The position numbers were made by a program, and so were the translations under genes. The notes beneath the pieces are model-generated. The model did not search any database. It saw nothing but the letters and a program-made list of their open reading frames with translations, and was not told the DNA's origin. A stretch of DNA of 64,000 bases from contig NC_067401.1 in assembly GCF_016432865.1 (NCBI RefSeq), forward strand, positions 248,496,001-248,560,000, in the 5' to 3' direction. Below, one piece after another: positions 28,031-43,476 of this stretch (the first letter of the stretch is position 1; each line of letters starts with the position of its first letter). The DNA is from Antechinus flavipes. Lineage: Eukaryota.

Positions 28031-29215
28031 CTGTGATCACATATCTCCTAAATATTTTTTATCTAGTCAAAAATGTCCTGAGTTCCTCTTTCTAAACAGT
28101 CCTTTTCTAAAGATAAACTGTAGTCTACTAAATGGAATAACACAAAAGATACACTGAAATTGAGAAAAACAAAACAAAAATAAATAACATTAATACTCCT
28201 AAACAAAGAACATATTAAAAAATGACTCTTCACCTATTCCTGGGTTGACATTTTTGTCAGTCATATTATGAGACAAATAATGATGACTTAATCATATCTC
28301 ATATTAAAAACAAACCAAAAATCTGAAACTATTAGCAAGATCATTTGAAATATGGTTTTACAGATTAATAACTATTAGTGATAAACCTAATTTTAACGTA
28401 CATTGTGAACTGAGATGTAATTAATGAATGATAATATGAGATTAAGATAAACAAGAAATCTAAAAACTAAGCTTCTGTGGCCAAAAACAATGTATCACTT
28501 GTAAAGATAGAAATTAAATGAATTTCAACAAAAATCTCTCTATAAAGAAAGGGTAGGAAAAACTGAAAACTGTATATAATTATATCTGATCTTAATTATT
28601 AAGATCAGCCAATAAAGTATTTCTTTAATTATATCTATATATTTTTCAGGTGTAAAAACACATATTTTTACATCTCAATGTCATTAAAATCAAATATCAA
28701 AATAAACTGTATTTATAAAGCAGATCTTTAAACCACTCTATTAAAAAGTAGTAAACTAAGATTGAGGAGAAGGGTGAAAAAGGAAAAGAGAAGCATGTTC
28801 ATTCATACAGCTCTTACTAAAAAAAGTACTGCAAGTAATATTTATTTACATAGACCCAAATGTTGAACTTTACCCTTAAAACTTAATTAGACCCAAATGT
28901 AGAACTTTATTCTGATTAAATTTTAATTAGTAGATTTGACCCTTTCATACTGACCTGTTAATAGCTTTTAGGTGCATGCTCTGGTCCTACTTTTCAATTA
29001 TAACCACAGATTTGATAAAAATAACATGTATGATATATCAACAAATTAGCAAGCATTTATTAAATCAGGTATCATATCATCTAACTCACTGACAAAAATT
29101 CTGAGAAAAGAACAAGAATAAAGACAAATCTTTGGGCTAATTCTATAGAGATCATCCTTCAGATCAAAACTTTAATTGGGCAAGTCTGCATCTTGGAACT
29201 CAAGTAATTATGAAT

Positions 29216-29255
29216 CCTCCCCATTCATTTAACCCTCCCCATTCATTTAACCCTC
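29216..29255. repeat. Perfect 18-bp tandem duplication (cctccccattcatttaac x2)
   Basis: Read directly. Confidence 0.9.
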
Positions 29256-30043
29256 ATATTTGAAAATAATTTTAAATTTAAATTTAAAAATTAAAAGTAA
29301 TAAAATGATGGCTAATGGCACATATTGGCAAAGAATATTATGAAGACATTTATAAAACGATGATCTTAAATTAGATGCCTTTTCATGGCTGGAATATCTT
29401 CTGGAGTTATGGCAGAATTCTTCCACTGCAGAGTTCCTTCCTTCCAGAACCTTGGATTTTGAGCAACATGCTAGTCATTTTTTCCTTGCTCTACCTGAGA
29501 CTCTCCAAACTTTGCCACCTTCTAGTCCCTGCTTTTCAATGACCTTTTTTAAGTGTTGTCTTCCAGAATGAGAATAGAAGCTCAATGAAGGCACGGACTG
29601 CTTTTCCTTTTGTTTGTATTTGTGTCTTCAACTGCTCAGCACATGCTTAGCACATAAGCACTTAATAAATACAAGCTTTCTAATTATGAAGGTCCTTTCT
29701 AGCGCTTTAGATTCAGTTATGAATAGAACTACATAATTTCTTACCCAGCATGAGAAAACAATCAGCAGTGCACAAAATACTTAATATTTAGTCCTTAAAG
29801 GGAAGAAAAAAGAAACTAAAACTGATTTTTAACAAATGTAAGGGGTATTTTTGATACAAAAAGGGCCATCAATGATGAATTTTTTTTCAGCAAGTAATTA
29901 TTTTAAATCAATTTATATACTGTTAGTAAATGATATCCTCTTTAAAAAATTATAAATACCAATCATTTCAAAAAGAGACGTGTAAAAAAATTAAACAAAA
30001 TGAGTCAATAAAGATGCTATTTGTGGCAGAAATGGCAACATTA

Positions 30044-30328
<285 letters not shown>

Positions 30329-30342
30329 CTAAATGTCCCTTA

Positions 30343-30540
<198 letters not shown>

Positions 30541-30895
30541 TTAAATGTTTTGACTTAAAAGTTTGACAGCAAATTTAGCATTAAGAAAAAAATCTAGTAA
30601 AATGAGGACACAGTAAATTTCTTGAATTACTTCTTTTTCTTGGGGGAGGAGGCATGGATTTGTGATTTCTTTAATATAAGGGAACTTCTAGAATGGAAAT
30701 TACCTTCACCAAATCAGATCAACAATTGCTTGTCTTACAGTATTACAGAATTCTTTGGGAGCACTTAGAGGTTGTCATTTGGAAAGATCACTGAGTCTCT
30801 GTCACAGAAGAGTTTTAATACTAAGTCATCACAACTTTTAACTATACCCAATATGCCATACTGAGTCTCATATGTCTTTTTTAAAGTAAAATTTG

Positions 30896-31030
30896 GGGCA
30901 GCTAGGTGGTGCAGTAGATAGAGCACCAGCCCCAAAGTCAGAAGGCCCTGAGTTCAAATCTGACCTCAAACACTTAACATTTCCTAGCTGTATGACACTG
31001 AGCAAGTCACCTAATGCCAACTGCCCGGGG
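30896..31030 (+). mobile_element. WSINE1-like SINE
   Basis: ggggcagctaggtggtgcagtagatagagcaccagccc...gagttcaaatctgacctca...gagcaagtcacctaatgccaactgcc. Confidence 0.85.
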
Positions 31031-31382
31031 GGTAGGGGGGAGTAAAATTTATGGAAATTTAAGATCAAAATGTCAGATTTGTTTTACATAGTATTAAAGT
31101 TCTTAGATATAAAATGAATAAACAGTCTAAAATTAACTCTAATATCAAGCATAAATTATACCAGTCAATAAATTAGAACAGTATTTTTTTTTGTAGGTGG
31201 AAATAATGTAATAACTGTCAAAAGAAAAAAAAGTTCTATTTACACTTAAAGTTTCAAGACCAAAAAAAAAAGTTATTTATTCTCAAAGATAAAATCATAT
31301 TTGTACTATAAATGGTTTCATTTGACTAATTAGCCTGAATCAAAAAACTACTTTAAAAAAAGTCAACATAAAAGAAACATTA

Positions 31383-31496
<114 letters not shown>

Positions 31497-31719
31497 CTAA
31501 GGGAAAAAAATCCAAAACCAAAATGAATTGTGTCATAATTGCAAAACACAAATTTACCGGTGTTATACTGTAAAGCTTAAGCTAAAAGAGTAAACTATTC
31601 CATGAGTGAACTGTTAAATTTCAATAGGTTATATTGTCAGTAGTCACAGTATTCAATTAATCCAAAAGTTTTAGTATGCACTATTTATATTTTAGACATT
31701 GTGTATGGGGACATAAAGA

Positions 31720-32370
31720 GAGGTGGGGGGAGGGAGGGAAGAGAATAATTAACTAGATCTATATAAGATAAATACTGAGTAATGCAAAGTAATCTTAGGA
31801 AAGAAGAAATCTGCAGGTGAGGGGACAGTAGAAGGAATAGGAGATGAATCTTGAAAGAAGCCAAGAAAACTATGAGGCCTCAGAAATGTGGCATAGAACA
31901 GAGTGTACTGGAACAGCCAGAAACAGCAATTAAGCCAGTATAGCTGGATCACAGAATTTTTGGAGAGGAATAAAACATAAGATTTGAAAGGTGAAGAGTT
32001 GTATGTAACAAAAAAAGGACTTTATATTTGATCCTATAAGTAAACAAGGAGCCACTGGAGTTAACAAAGGTGAAGATAGGGATTGATATGGTTAGACACA
32101 TGTTTTAGGAAACTTATTTTGGCAATATGAGTAAAGAGAACCTTCTGGCAAAGAGCCAATGATTAGAGGGTTTCTGCAATTATTCAAACAGTGTAAAAGA
32201 CATGAACTAGAGAGAATGGAGAGATGAAAATATCTTGGATATGTAAGATGTGGGAAGATAGGACAAGATTTGGCAACTCACTGATTATATGGATAAAGTA
32301 AAAGAGTGAAGTATAATGCCAAGATTATGAAACTGGGTTATTTGAAGGATAATTTTTATAGCAAAAGGAA
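31720..32370 (-). mobile_element. L2 remnant
   Basis: Purine-rich antisense L2 (gaatcttgaaagaagccaagaaaactatgagg; ggagccactggagtt). Confidence 0.65.
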
Positions 32371-33339
32371 TTTTGGGTGAAGGGTAGGTATGAGGAAGAA
32401 GACTATAAAGAGATCAGCAATCTGTTCTAAGACATTTTTGCTTGATTATCTGGTCAGCTGGTCAAAAAACATTGTTGCTAAAACTGTGAACTGTGCTACT
32501 TACTCATTTTGTAATGAGTACCCAACAAAAAAGGGACAGATACCTTAATATTAAGGGTAGGATTTTAAACCCTATTTCCTAACCATAAGGTTTGCTCTGT
32601 ACTCACATTATCACCTCTTAAGATCAATGATTATTAACTAAACATAAATATACACATAAACATATAAATATATATTCATGTATGAATATACATGTACTGT
32701 AAATTAGAAATGTAAAGAATTCTGATATAGATAAAAATACTTATATAATTTGGTGTTATTGCAAATTAGAAATCCAAATAGTAAACAGTAACTCTCAATA
32801 TATATTCTTTCACAACTACGCAGATCTCTTAAGAAGCTAACAGTTGCTGATTAAGGAAAATTCCCAATGTTAGAAAAACTTGTAAATCAAATATGAAAAA
32901 TATGTAAAAATAATTTAAATACAACAAAATCATACTATTTTGAAAGTCACACATAAAAACTGAAAGGTAGTGATGCATCATGGTTAGAATCAGGCAAACC
33001 TGGGTCAAGTTCTAATTCTGGCAAATACAGGCTATATGACCCTGGGTAAGATTCAATGTTGTTCAGGTTTACTATAATTCTAAGTAGGAGAATAGAAAGA
33101 AGTCTGATGTGTATTAGCAGAAAAGTTTCCACAGCAGAAGTTTCTTGTACAATAATGAAATCGCAAAACTGGACAATAAATAATAATTTTTTTAAAAAAA
33201 CTTGCAAAACCCACCCCAAATAAACAAACCAAAAAACCATACTTTGTCCTGTGCCCTCTTTTTGCTTTATTTTCCATTCTCCCCCTGTATTATTTCATTT
33301 GATTTCGTCAGTTCCCAAAGACTTAATAAATATATCCAT

Positions 33340-33830
33340 ATTTTCCAAATGGATGTCACATAAAACTATACACCAAAAATGAATTCATCTGCCTCCCCAA
33401 ATCCTTCTTTCTTCCTAACTTTCCTTTCTATCAAGGGAACTACACAATCATACAACCTGGGTGTTATCCGTAACTGTTCATTCTCTCACTCTCTATATCC
33501 AATTCAGTTGTCAGGTAGTGTTATTTCCACCCTGGGAATGTCTCTCTAAGACAATCTTTTCCACACACACTCTTGCCACCTCACATCTTTATATGTAGGT
33601 CTATTTTTCTCTAGTCTCTTTCTGTGCTAAACCATGCTTCATTTAGCTGTCAAAATTATCTACTAAAAGAAACTGAGATTATTTTCAATATATCCTGGAT
33701 TTGTCTTGATTGTATATAGTTGTTTGTATACTATTTCTTCATTAGTTTGTGAACTTTTTGAAAGCAAAGACTTAGCACAATGTCTGATACACAGGAAGTA
33801 CTTAAATGTTTGTTGACTTAATAATAGATT
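33340..33830 (+). mobile_element. L2 remnant with 3' end
   Basis: gaattcatctgcctccccaaatcc...; ttagcacaatgtctgatacacaggaagtacttaaatgtttgttgact. Confidence 0.65.
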
Positions 33831-34301
33831 TTTGTGGAATAAAAAAGATGAAATCATTTTAAAATTCATGAATTTTTAGAGTATTAGTCAAGGATAAGAA
33901 TTCAAATCAGTATGTTCCCCAAATCTAGAATATTAACAAGAGGAAAATATTCCTTCAATTTTAAGATTTTGAAAAAAAATACTTCAACATATGTATCATC
34001 CATTTATGTTAGCTTAAGACTTATACTGAATTTGAAAATGGTGTAATTTTTGGAGGAAAATATTATGGTAAGGCTTCTCATTCCACCTTCCACCCCAAAG
34101 ACCCAAAAAGGAAGAAATACTCAAACTATAAAATATTTCCAAAATTTAGGTGGTCTCTTTTTGTCAAAGACTCATCCAATTTGATAATCACTCAGGAATC
34201 TATTCCAAAAGAATTAGACCATCTTAAAATCTAAAAATTGGGGTATGACACTATTGCTATTAAAATCAAAGTAGCCAAAGTTTTACATGATGAATTTATA
34301 G

Positions 34302-34349
34302 AAACATTTGATAAGTATGACTTGAAAACATTTGATAAGTATGACTTGA
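34302..34349. repeat. Perfect 24-bp tandem duplication (aaacatttgataagtatgacttga x2)
   Basis: Read directly. Confidence 0.9.
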
Positions 34350-34686
34350 AATACAGTAGTAAACAATAATTAAAAGTTTTATTCACAGTATATTGATTAA
34401 ATTATGAAAAGTATAGGCACATAAGCCTCTTATCTCTATGAAAATAATGAATTATATTTTAATAATGTCAATCTATTTAATTTCACTGATTTATTAAAAA
34501 AAAAAGAGAGATAGAAGCCCCTGCTTATAAAATCTCACAAATTTGTTTTAAAATTCTACCAAAAGCTTTCCATTTCTCTTTTCACACAACAGTTCCATTT
34601 AAGTAATGTTTCTAAACAAAGAAATCAATGGTACAAATATATAACATATAGAGATATAGACATTCATCTCTCTCTATATATGTTCA

Positions 34687-34923
<237 letters not shown>

Positions 34924-35519
34924 CTAGAAAATGTTCATATTTGAAAGTGAGTAGAATCACCATAAATAGGTACTTACACAAAAAACACCAATTGAAATTT
35001 TACAAAAATAGAAACGTAAACCCTTCAGTATAAAATACATACCCCTCATATCACAAAATATTGTATAACAAAGATATTTAAAATAAAGCAAAGTTTCCCC
35101 TAGAAGAACACATTTCTTTGAACTGCACAATTATTTACAAACTGATTTCCTTGAAATAATACTAATAGAAAAAGTTAACAGAATTGATAGATATCAAGGT
35201 CCCTTCTTGCTCTAAATCTATGGTACATAGTGCTGAGAATGCAATACTTATTTCCTAGAAAAATATTTAAGATTTTAAATTGTATTAAAATACTGAAAAC
35301 GGTTTTTTTTTTTTTTAATAATATGGGTTCAAACAGTTGCCTTAATTAAATAAGTATTTTCTAAATACCTACAATATCCAGGCACTATCTTAATTTTAAT
35401 AAAAATTTAAAAATGTAATTTAGTTAAAAATATAAGTGAATGTTTAATGTATTCTACACCCATCCAAATACTCATTTAAGGCACTATATTTGTAGTTTTC
35501 CCATTTTTAACATTGTTTA

Positions 35520-35990
35520 ACAAGGAAAAATACCATGGAATCTTAGGAAAGAACCTTAGTGAATGAACAGTCCAATTTTCCTTTCCCATGCAGCAAACCC
35601 TTCCATAGCATACCTAACAATTAGTTACTTGTTTGAAAAGAATTCACCATCAAGACAATTCATTTAATTTTGTGATAGCTCTAAACAAAATCTATCTCTT
35701 TGAAGTGGTTCCAGTTCTGCTTTCTGAACCAACCAGTAGTAGATATATCTTCATTTAATCTCTATTTCTCTAAAGTAAACACAAATACTTTCTCATATGA
35801 TATGATTTCTAGATCCTTTAATCACCCCTTTGGATGTATTTAATTTAGAGGCCAGAACTGCACAAAATATTGTAGTTGTAGCCTGAGAAATAGGGAATAA
35901 AGGTACTATTTCCCATGATCTTAATACTACACTTCTATTAATATGATAATTAACAACATTATTGATAATTATATAATTTATAATAATAAA
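35520..35990 (-). mobile_element. L3/CR1 3' fragment
   Basis: Antisense L3 motifs: ttctcatatgatatgatttctagatcc, ccagaactgcacaaaatattgtagttgtagcctg. Confidence 0.6.
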
Positions 35991-36194
35991 AGATTAGATT
36001 GGTCTTATCTAATATTGTTATTTCTGTAGCTTAATATCAAACAGAGCATTCTGGTTTTTTTAATAGTCACTTTATCCTTATTGGCTTTCATTAAACTTGT
36101 GGTCAAAAAAATTTAACCAAGCCAAGCCAATTATTATTTCTTCTATACCTGTCAGAGAAAAAAGAGTGCTAGTTAACTTAAAAACATAACAAAA

Positions 36195-37390
36195 CATTTG
36201 TTATACTTGATACTCTCTTCTCTCTATGTTTTTAGGACACCATTCTCTTCTGGGTCTTTTATTTATCTATTTCTTTTGCTGGATTCTCATTCAGATTGCA
36301 CCTTACAACTACTGGCATCTTCCTCAAAGTTACTTTGGAAACTCTTCTCACTTTCTTTTATATTACCTCCATTTGGTGATCTCATTAATTCCTATGGATT
36401 TAATTACCATCTCTATGCTGATGTTTCTCAAATCTAGCTATCCTGCCAAAACGCTCTGTTAACTTCCAGTTTCTTCTACTGCCTTACAGATATCTGGAAC
36501 TTAATGTCCAGGAGACACCCTAAATTCAACATGTGCAGAAAAGAACTAGTTACTTATTTCTCTAAACCCTCCCCCTCTCCTACATTCTCTATTATTTTAG
36601 AAGGCAACACCTTCTCCAGGTTCTTCACACTCACAAAGTAGGACTCATCCTCAACTTCTCACTATTAGCCCCTATATCTAATCTATTGCCAAGGCTTGTC
36701 CATTTTACCTCTGAAACATCTCTCAAATACATGTTTTTACTCTGACGCTGCCATCACTTTATTATAAGCCCTCATCACTTCATTTTGGAATATCACAATA
36801 GTTGTGAAGATGGATAGGCCTGCTACAAGTCTCTCCTACCTTCAATCCATCTTCCATTTAGCTACCAAAGTGATTTTACTAAAAAGCAGGTCTCACTTCT
36901 TCCCCTATCCAAAAAATGCCCATGATTTTCCAATTGCCTCCAAAAGTATTAAATGCTGTTTGGTATTCAAATCTTTTTCCAGGCTTCTAAAACCTTACTT
37001 TTCTTCTTTGATCCAGTGATGTAGATTTTGTGATAAGATGCTCTAATTCTTAACTGTGGTCATTTTTTCTACATACTCTCATGAGTGGAAGACGCACTCT
37101 TTTCTCATTTCCACATACTGACTTTCTTGTACCCAACTAAAATCTCATCTTTTATTGGAGGCTTTCCCCAAAGGCCTCTTAGTTCTAAATGTCTTCTCTC
37201 TGTTAATCAATTCCTATTTATCCTTCACATAGTTTGATGTATATATACTTATTTGCTTGTTGTTTATTCCATCAGAGTTTAAGTTCTTTGAAGAGAGGGA
37301 CTATCTTTTGCCTCCCCCCGCCCCAACACCTAGTGCTCAGCACAGAGTCTGGGACATAGTAGGAATTTAATGTTTTTCAATTTATTGAAT
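36195..37390 (+). mobile_element. L2 remnant with 3' end
   Basis: aattaccatctctatgctgatgtttctcaaatct; ctaccaaagtgattttactaaaaagcagg; tail gagggactatcttttg...cagcacagagtctgggacatagtagg. Confidence 0.75.
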
Positions 37391-37474
37391 GACATTTTAT
37401 TTTATTTCCACTAAATTTAAAACTTTTTTTTATTAACTAAGAAGACTGTTTTAAGCTTACAAAAAAAAATATTA

Positions 37475-37990
37475 ATGAGCAGCATGATACGGTGAAAAAA
37501 ACCTGGAGTCATAGAAAGGATTAGAGACATTGAATCACAATACCTAAAGTCAAATTCCAATTCTGTCATCTGCATGATAATCAATAAGTCATCATATCTC
37601 TTTGGATCTCAGTTTCCTCATTTGTAAATTAAGGAGACCAGAAGAAACGATTTCTGAAAATTCCTTTTAGCTTTCATAATCTTAGTGGCAGTTAGATAAG
37701 ACTCTAGGGCTTGAGTCTGAAAGACTTGAATATATAAATCTAGTCTGTCATTTACTGATTAAGTGATCCTAAGCAAATCACTTTACCTCTACCTAACTCA
37801 GTTTCAACTGTAAAACAGTTGGGGAGAGGAGGGGGAGAGGAGGGAAAGAGGAGGGAAAGAGGAGGAGAGGAAACAGACCATATAATAGCATCAACTTCTC
37901 AGGATTGTTTGATCTGAGGATCAAATAAGATAATTATTTTCAAAGTGCTTAGTATATTACCTGGTACATGTTAATAAATGCCTGCTTGTT
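37475..37990 (+). mobile_element. Two adjacent MIR SINEs
   Basis: ctcagtttcctcatttgtaaattaagg and ctcagtttcaactgtaaaac...gaggatcaaataagataat. Confidence 0.7.
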
Positions 37991-38899
37991 TTCCTTTCTC
38001 TATTTATTTGGTACTAATCTAAGTTTGTTAAAATAATTAAAATGTTTTTATAAATAAAAGGAGTCTAGTTTTAACCTACTTTTCCAGAATTTCTTCATTT
38101 TACTACATTTTCACTACCTATCTCAATAGCCAAACATGAACCAAATCTTACTGCCTTCATACCTTTATTTTAATTATCATTTCCTATTCCAAATGGAATA
38201 CTCTTCCCCTTAATAGTTTTGTTCACTCCAGACTTTAAATTAGAAACTCATATTTAAAGCACAATTTAATTTTACCTTTCCATTCAATATTTCCTTTAGT
38301 CACATCAAGTCAAACATGATCTTTCTTTTATAACTCTCACTGAATTTTATATTTTTATTACATAATAAGATGTCATCTCCTGCACTCTACTGTAAATTTC
38401 CTTAAGGGCAGGGAAATGTTTATTCATATTTAAATAACTAAATATTTTTGTACAAATAAGTTTTAATTTATAGGATCAAATGAGATGTTTGTAAAGTGCA
38501 TGGCTCATATAAGAGTTGGCACATACTAGATGTTTAATAAATCCTTCTTTCTTCCCCTATTTGAATAAATACATGGTATTTCTTGGATCAATGAATTCAT
38601 CAATATGAATATTCGCTTTAGACTCTTCTATTGGGAAAGGTGATAACTTCCAGATTGACACGAGAATTACTGTGACTAAAAAATTCATCATCATGGCAAT
38701 GAGGTCTGATATTGGATTGTTTTGTTTAAGGAAAAACAACAGCAGGCCCAGAGTGGAAAAATTTCCAGCCTAAGAGGATTTGTGATATACCTTGCACTCA
38801 ATTATAATGATTTTTTGAGAACCCAAGGTCACCTACTATGGTCACCTAGTCTTTTGATCTAGGAATATATTTCTGCCCATTAAAGGAAGGATATGAAGT

Positions 38900-39780
38900 T
38901 ATTTTAGCATTATTTCTTCCTAGAAAAGTGTTGAATCTTGGGATAGATACATTTTTTTAAATGTTCAGAAACTTTAATAAACTACTTCGGACTTTTGCCA
39001 ACTTAAAAAAAATTGCAGATTGTTCTACAATCTCTTCTTTTTTCAGAAACTAGAAAATTTGTACAATTTAATTTTTCTGGCATCTTTTCTATTCTTTGTA
39101 ATTTCTCAAAGATTCTGAGCATTGGCTGAGATTGTAATTGAAAATATCTATAACATTTTAGCAAATAATCCATTTAGCCTTAAAGTGATCTCTATTTTAA
39201 AAGCATGCAGTGTTTTGTTAGTGCCTCTTCACCAATCATGGGCTATAATTTCTACTTTAAAGTTTGTTATTGTTTCTAGTTTATAAAGACCATTCTTGCA
39301 GAGAAGATGGAAACAAAATAGTAGCTGAATAGTTTTATTTTTACTCTGTGATGTTACCTGGTAACATCTTTGCAATCATTTCTGTGTTTTTACCTTTCTT
39401 TGTATACACAGTTCTTAACATAGTGTTTACTCATAGTAAAGTGCTTATTAATAAATCACATTTGCCAGTTCTCAGTATTTAGAATGTAGTTCTTTGAACC
39501 TGCCATGTGTGATTTTAATAGTCTCTTTTTATCAGAATTTTCATCTTTTCATTAGCCATTTTTGTTCTGCCCTTTCTGGAGAGATACAGCATATACAGTA
39601 TATAGTGAGCTAACTTAAACAGTCCTTAATGTTCTCAAGTCCTACCCTGAATATGCTCTCTCTATGTCACCTTTGGCATGTCATTTAATCTCTTGGTTTT
39701 GAAAACAACTCTTGGAGTGTAATCACAGATCTAGTTTGGGTTTTCTTCCCAACCCCTTATTAATTAAAGAAGGGCATTTG
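38900..39780 (-). mobile_element. L3/CR1 internal fragments
   Basis: cattcttgcagagaagatggaaacaaaatagtagctgaatag and similar antisense L3-like tracts. Confidence 0.5.
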
Positions 39781-40749
39781 ACCACTAATGACAATCAAAT
39801 GTCATATGAAGTTTGTAAATAAAGATGGGGGGAAGGGGAGGGAGGAGGAGAGCAGCGGGAGAAAGAAAAAATGCTTGATATGTAATTAGTTCAAAGATGA
39901 CATATCAAGAATTAAAGTATGGGCCCTCTTCTTATATCATAATGTTTAACACATCCACAAATATTTTTCAAAATGACCTGCTACAATTACAGTGTTGTAA
40001 TCAGACCTGGTTCAGGCCAGTCTATTCAAATGTGAAAGTTGTTCAAGGATAAAAAACAAAATTCTCTGTTTTGTTTAAAAAACCCATCATAACTTAATAC
40101 GCTTCAATAACATTGGCCTTCTTGCTATTCCTCAAACAAGACAATCTTATCTTTCAGAGCTGCAGGCATTTTCTCAGAATATGGCCAAAGCTTAAAATTC
40201 CATCCCCCCACCCTCATATCTCCACACCATCTTTATCACCTAGCTTTCCATTAAAATAAAATTCCATCTTCCACAAAAAGCTGTTCTCAACCCTCTAATT
40301 TATAATGTCTTTCCCTTTTAAATTATTCATTTTCAAATTGTCTCACATATAGTTTGTAAATACTTCTTTCTTAAGTTAGATTATGAGTTCTTTTTAGGAT
40401 AGGCCCTATCTTTTGCCTCTATATCACCAGTGCTTTAGTATTTGGCACATAGCAGCTTGTTTCTAGAATCAACCTCTTTTAGAAAACAAAAATATGTATA
40501 ACAACTTTTCTGTCATCTTTTGTGTTCCCTATGAATTTTTAAATAAAATTTTCTTTAAAAATGCTTATTGATGTACTTTCTGAAAGTGCAATAAAATCAG
40601 ATGGAACTTACAAAATGAATTTCAACAAAACCTTCTGTATAACTTTTGGTTTTATGTATATTTATACATATGTATATATATATAGTGTATAATAATTTAA
40701 TATGTTCATTGATGTATTTCTTCAGTTTATAACTGTACTTTTAAGATTT

Positions 40750-41330
40750 AACTTCTTCAGCTATGAAGAACATGTGGACACATTTGTAGGCAGTATGGAA
40801 GCTACCAGTAGATACGGAGTAATTGAAGATTAATGAGACTACAAATGATAGATGGAAGAATATGAGATATAATGGAGTCACTTGTTTGCCTTGGCAAGAA
40901 GACGAGATACCTCTTCATAAGAGACAAAAGTGAAGGAAAAGATAGTGTCAGGAAGTATCTGGGTGATGTGAAATGTGAAGGAGAGAACTATCTGAAAATG
41001 GTCTCAGTTTTTTCAGAGAAATGAGACAATGTTCTCAGTTTGAGAGGGTAGGAACTATAGCAGATAGGATGAAAGGGATAGTGAGTCAATAAGAAAGGAA
41101 AGGATCACCTTGCTAAGTAAGGACTCAGTTTAGATTATGAAATAAATTTTTAGTAGACTCAGTCAAAAGAAGACCTTGTGGTCTTCTCAAGTTCTGTTCA
41201 ATAGCACATTGGCAGGAGACAAGATAGAGGAGATGGAGGTAGGCTAAATTAATCTCAAAAGAAAGAAGTCATTGAATGATGCTGATAGAGGAAAAGCCTA
41301 GAAGGAGCAAGACAAATAAGACTATATAGA
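40750..41330 (-). mobile_element. L2 remnant
   Basis: Purine-rich antisense L2-like tract (tggtctcagttttttcagagaaatgagac). Confidence 0.5.
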
Positions 41331-41549
41331 AACTTCAGGGACTACAATATCATAAATGTAAAACTAGAACAAAATAAATGAGAAAAAACATGGCAAGCAA
41401 TTTTAAAAGTCCTAGCTTTACATGCTGAAATGAATTACTTATGATGAAAAGAGGAAATAGATGTAGAAAATAAATAGAAACCTATTATAACAATTTCATG
41501 AAAAAAAATTATCTGGTTTAAATCACTTGAATGAAATGAGGTTATCAAA

Positions 41550-42410
41550 AGATCTTAAAATTGCCTTAGGTCATCAAAAACTTGCTATACTTGTCAAGTG
41601 GATAAGAGCTAAGAATAATACACTCTCAAAATATAAACATGTATGTAAAATAGAACTTGAGAATACTTAAAAGCTATTAATAATATTGCTTCACAAAATA
41701 CTCAGAAACAGTTGAAAAAAGTAATTTAAATTAAGTTTGGCAAAAAATACAAATCAATTTGAGGGGGAAATGACAATTTTGAGAGCGCTGAGACACTGAC
41801 AATCTAGTCTATAAAAGAAGATGCCAATGATAACGAAATCTCAGACTCAAAGGGAAACCAAAATCAATATTTATTCTTTTCAATCTAAATAAAATTTTTA
41901 CAAAAATATCCTGTATCATCCATTCTTGGTTGATTCTATTAAAAAGCAACATACAAACTTTTGCAATCAGTACTGCATAGCTTTCAACATAGTTCCACAT
42001 CTTAACCATCACATAACTATATGAAAGATGCAGAGAATACTTAAGATTCCAATGTTCTCATTTTTGTCAACCATATAAAAAGCAATTTGACCAAGTAGGG
42101 TAAAACATCATCTTAAAGGCTCTAATTGGTTTCCTATGCAAACTTCAAAATCACAAAATTCCTTGCAATAGATTTCAGATATAATCTTGTTTGAAACCTA
42201 TTGGGATCAATAACATCGAGTTAAGCACAAATTAGAAAATGCCAGAAGCATAAATCAGAAAATACCAAAAGTGTTCATCATCACCATGAGAAATCCAACA
42301 AAGTTCTAATTGAAAAAAGGTTTCCTTAGATATGAAATAATCCAAGTAGTCCTATCTGCAGATATACTGTATGATGATTAAGCTCTATAATACCAAAACA
42401 CCTCCCATAT
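41550..42410 (+). mobile_element. Degenerate RTE-clade LINE, reverse-transcriptase region (RTE_Mdo-like)
   Basis: gatgcagagaatac..aagattcc...aaaaagcaatttgac...cttaaaggctct and ctatctgcagatatactgtatgat resemble RTE RT motifs as I recall them; many stops and frameshifts. Confidence 0.6.
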
Positions 42411-42719
42411 GAGACTGATAATCCCTTAAGAATTTAATCTAGCTTTACAAGTAAGAAAAAGTAAATGAATAAGTGTTAATATGTTAAGAACTTCCCAAGT
42501 ACAAAATATTGGGCACAAAAACAGAAAAGTATGACAATACCTGATCTGAAAGAACTCATTTTCTAATGGGAGAGATGGCACTTTAAGGTGGTTTCAGTTC
42601 ACATACACAAGGGAGGGAGAAAAAAGAGGCAGCATGTGCCAGGTAGGTCAAATCACTACTATCACTTTGACCACTCTCCTTTAGACTCTCCATACTTAGA
42701 TGCCATTGTTGTTTTAGCT

Positions 42720-43070
42720 AAACTGGCCTGCCTACTCTTTGAGTAGGAATAATAAATGCACCTACCTCCCAGGGTTATTTTGAGGATAAAATGAGAACAT
42801 TTGCACTTCCCCATGCAAATTATAAATGCTAGTTATTAACAAAGATAGCTAGATGGTGAAGTTGATAGTGCTGGATCTGAAATAAGAAACATATTAATTT
42901 AAATCCTGCCTTGGCACTTGCTGGCTGAGTGACAAATTAAGTCACTTATCCTCTGCTTACCTCATTTCCTTGTTTGTCAAAAAGGGCATAATAGCACCCA
43001 TCTCTCAAGGTTGTGGTTGAGATCAAAAGAATTATTTGTAAAGGGCTCTGCAAAAATTATGAATTGCATT
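42720..43070 (+). mobile_element. MIR SINE fragments
   Basis: cctacctcccagggttattttgaggataaaatgag; ttacctcatttccttgtttgtcaaaaagggcataatagcacc. Confidence 0.65.
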
Positions 43071-43071
43071 A

Positions 43072-43476
<405 letters not shown>

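Noticed and set aside
28851-28909. Possible CRISPR-like repeat-spacer units (also 56868-56922)
   Set aside because: Only two copies each, in a mammalian intron, with no cas genes.
30896-31030. tRNA-like A/B-box heads
   Set aside because: These are tRNA-derived SINE heads followed by CORE sequence; no cloverleaf tRNA gene is evident anywhere in the window.
34643-34684. Imperfect inverted repeat (aacatatagaga...tctctatatatgtt)
   Set aside because: Short, low-complexity AT/GA arms are expected by chance; no miRNA-like stem.
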